Positions 62,734 through 64,000 of a DNA stretch of 64,000 nucleotides are shown piece by piece. This DNA is from Octopus sinensis (lineage: Eukaryota), in assembly GCF_006345805.1 (NCBI RefSeq), contig NC_043004.1, forward strand, positions 106,206,001 through 106,270,000, written 5' to 3'. The translations under genes were made by a program, and so were the position numbers. The notes beneath the pieces were generated by a model. It searched no databases and was not told the DNA's origin. It saw nothing but the letters and a program-made list of their open reading frames with translations. How positions within the stretch are numbered: position 1 is the first letter of the stretch; each line of letters opens with the position of its first letter.

Positions 62734-64000
62734 GTAGTGCTGTGTCTTGTTTGCTTTTTTTCTCCTCCTGCTTTTCCCTCTCACCCTATTCACTCCCTCC
62801 CCTTCAAACTCCACCTCTCTTTCTTTTCCTCCTCATTTTACCCACCCTTCTTCTCATTCTTTTGCTAACTCCCTCTCCTACTCTCTTGTTTTTCACTGTA
62901 TGCCTTCCACACTGTTCTCTCTTTCTCTCTTCTTCTCACTAAACCTCCCATTGTCCTTGATTTCTTTCAATGGAAGTACCCCACCATTTAACAGTCAGAG
63001 GAAGAACTGGAGGAGAAATAGCTGTTTCTAAATGTAAAAATGTAAATTCTAAATTTTAAATTTAAGTAAAGAGGTACCAAGCATGGCTTCACTTTTCCTA
63101 ATTTCCCTTAGAAAGTGCATGAATATTCCACATTATTATTTTCACCTAATTCTAAAGCATGACCATTACCACATGAAAAGCACCCAGTACTCTCTGTAAA
63201 GTGGTTGACATTAAGAGGGACATCCAGCTGTAGTAATTATGCCAAAACAGACAATGGAGCTTAGTGTGGTATATACTGTGTAGAATATACTTCTTCCTTG
63301 ATGCAGTCACAAAAGACATGTCCATGGCTTCCACCACTTGGCTTTATAAACCTGATCAGCTCTAATCTGTATTATCTTGTTCAGAAATTATGGTTCAAAA
63401 ATTTCTGTCAACTGAAATTTTTGCTTGTTGTTTTTAGATTTTTAAACATTCTTTGAGGGAGTTTCTGCCTACTAATTGCATGGATTGATGTGGAGGCACA
63501 TGACTTAGTAGTTAGGGTGTTGGACTTATGATTGTAAGGTTGTGGTTTTGCTTCCTGGACCAGGTGATGCATTGTGTTCTTGAACAAAAAAACCCTTTTT
63601 TTTTTTTTTAATGTTACTCCAGACCACTCAGCTGATAAGAATGAATCGTCGTGCAATGGACCGTGTCCCACCCAGAGAGGAATACATAAGCCAAAGAAAC
63701 CAGGAAACCAACCCTATGCTCCTCACAGACTAATGTGGACTAACAGTCGCACATGGACAGTCTCAGTTGACTGGAGTCTCTCAACTTTCTATAGTCACAT
63801 ATATGAAACTGTTTGGTGTGTGCAGACCCCACCACCACCACCTCCCACTCAGATTTTTCTCACTGTTACATTGTTGGTATCTTACGGTGAACTGTGATAG
63901 CAAATATAAGTGAAATAAAATGATACCTATTGGTATCATTTTATTTCACTTCTGTTGCTTATAATAATTATATACCCATGTCGCCACGTGATTGTTACCT

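Noticed and set aside
62734-62942. Read-through of exon I ORF to 62942
   Set aside because: The sequence after 62733 is pyrimidine-rich low-complexity DNA typical of these introns. Intron retention cannot be excluded without RNA data.

Overview
AT-rich eukaryotic genomic DNA, dense in microsatellites and SINEs. The repeat families and composition look like an octopus or other cephalopod genome (inference from recalled repeat families). The window lies entirely inside one + strand gene, a tensin (TNS) homologue. Nine GT-AG coding exons (3786-3883, 8467-8517, 20767-20954, 22725-22808, 30063-30236, 31065-31267, 36972-37040, 57939-58049, 62527-62733; 1185 nt) splice in frame. They encode the PTEN-like phosphatase domain, the C2 domain and the start of the low-complexity linker. 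The 5' exons and the SH2-PTB exons lie outside the window. The introns hold at least four tRNA-derived or RTE-tailed SINE families, decayed RTE LINE fragments, piggyBac-like and mariner-like MITEs, two long fold-back palindromes, a 26-bp minisatellite and many simple repeats. There are no prokaryotic features, CRISPR arrays or intact RNA genes, and I found no clear-cut new biological system. The best leads are an intact PTEN-like catalytic loop, a candidate unannotated Cys-rich cassette or alternative first exon at 48136-48279, AG|GT recursive-splice-like sites (one masked by a U1-mimic hairpin), a DSGxxS degron spanning tandem donors, and intronic dsRNA structures around exon 57939-58049.
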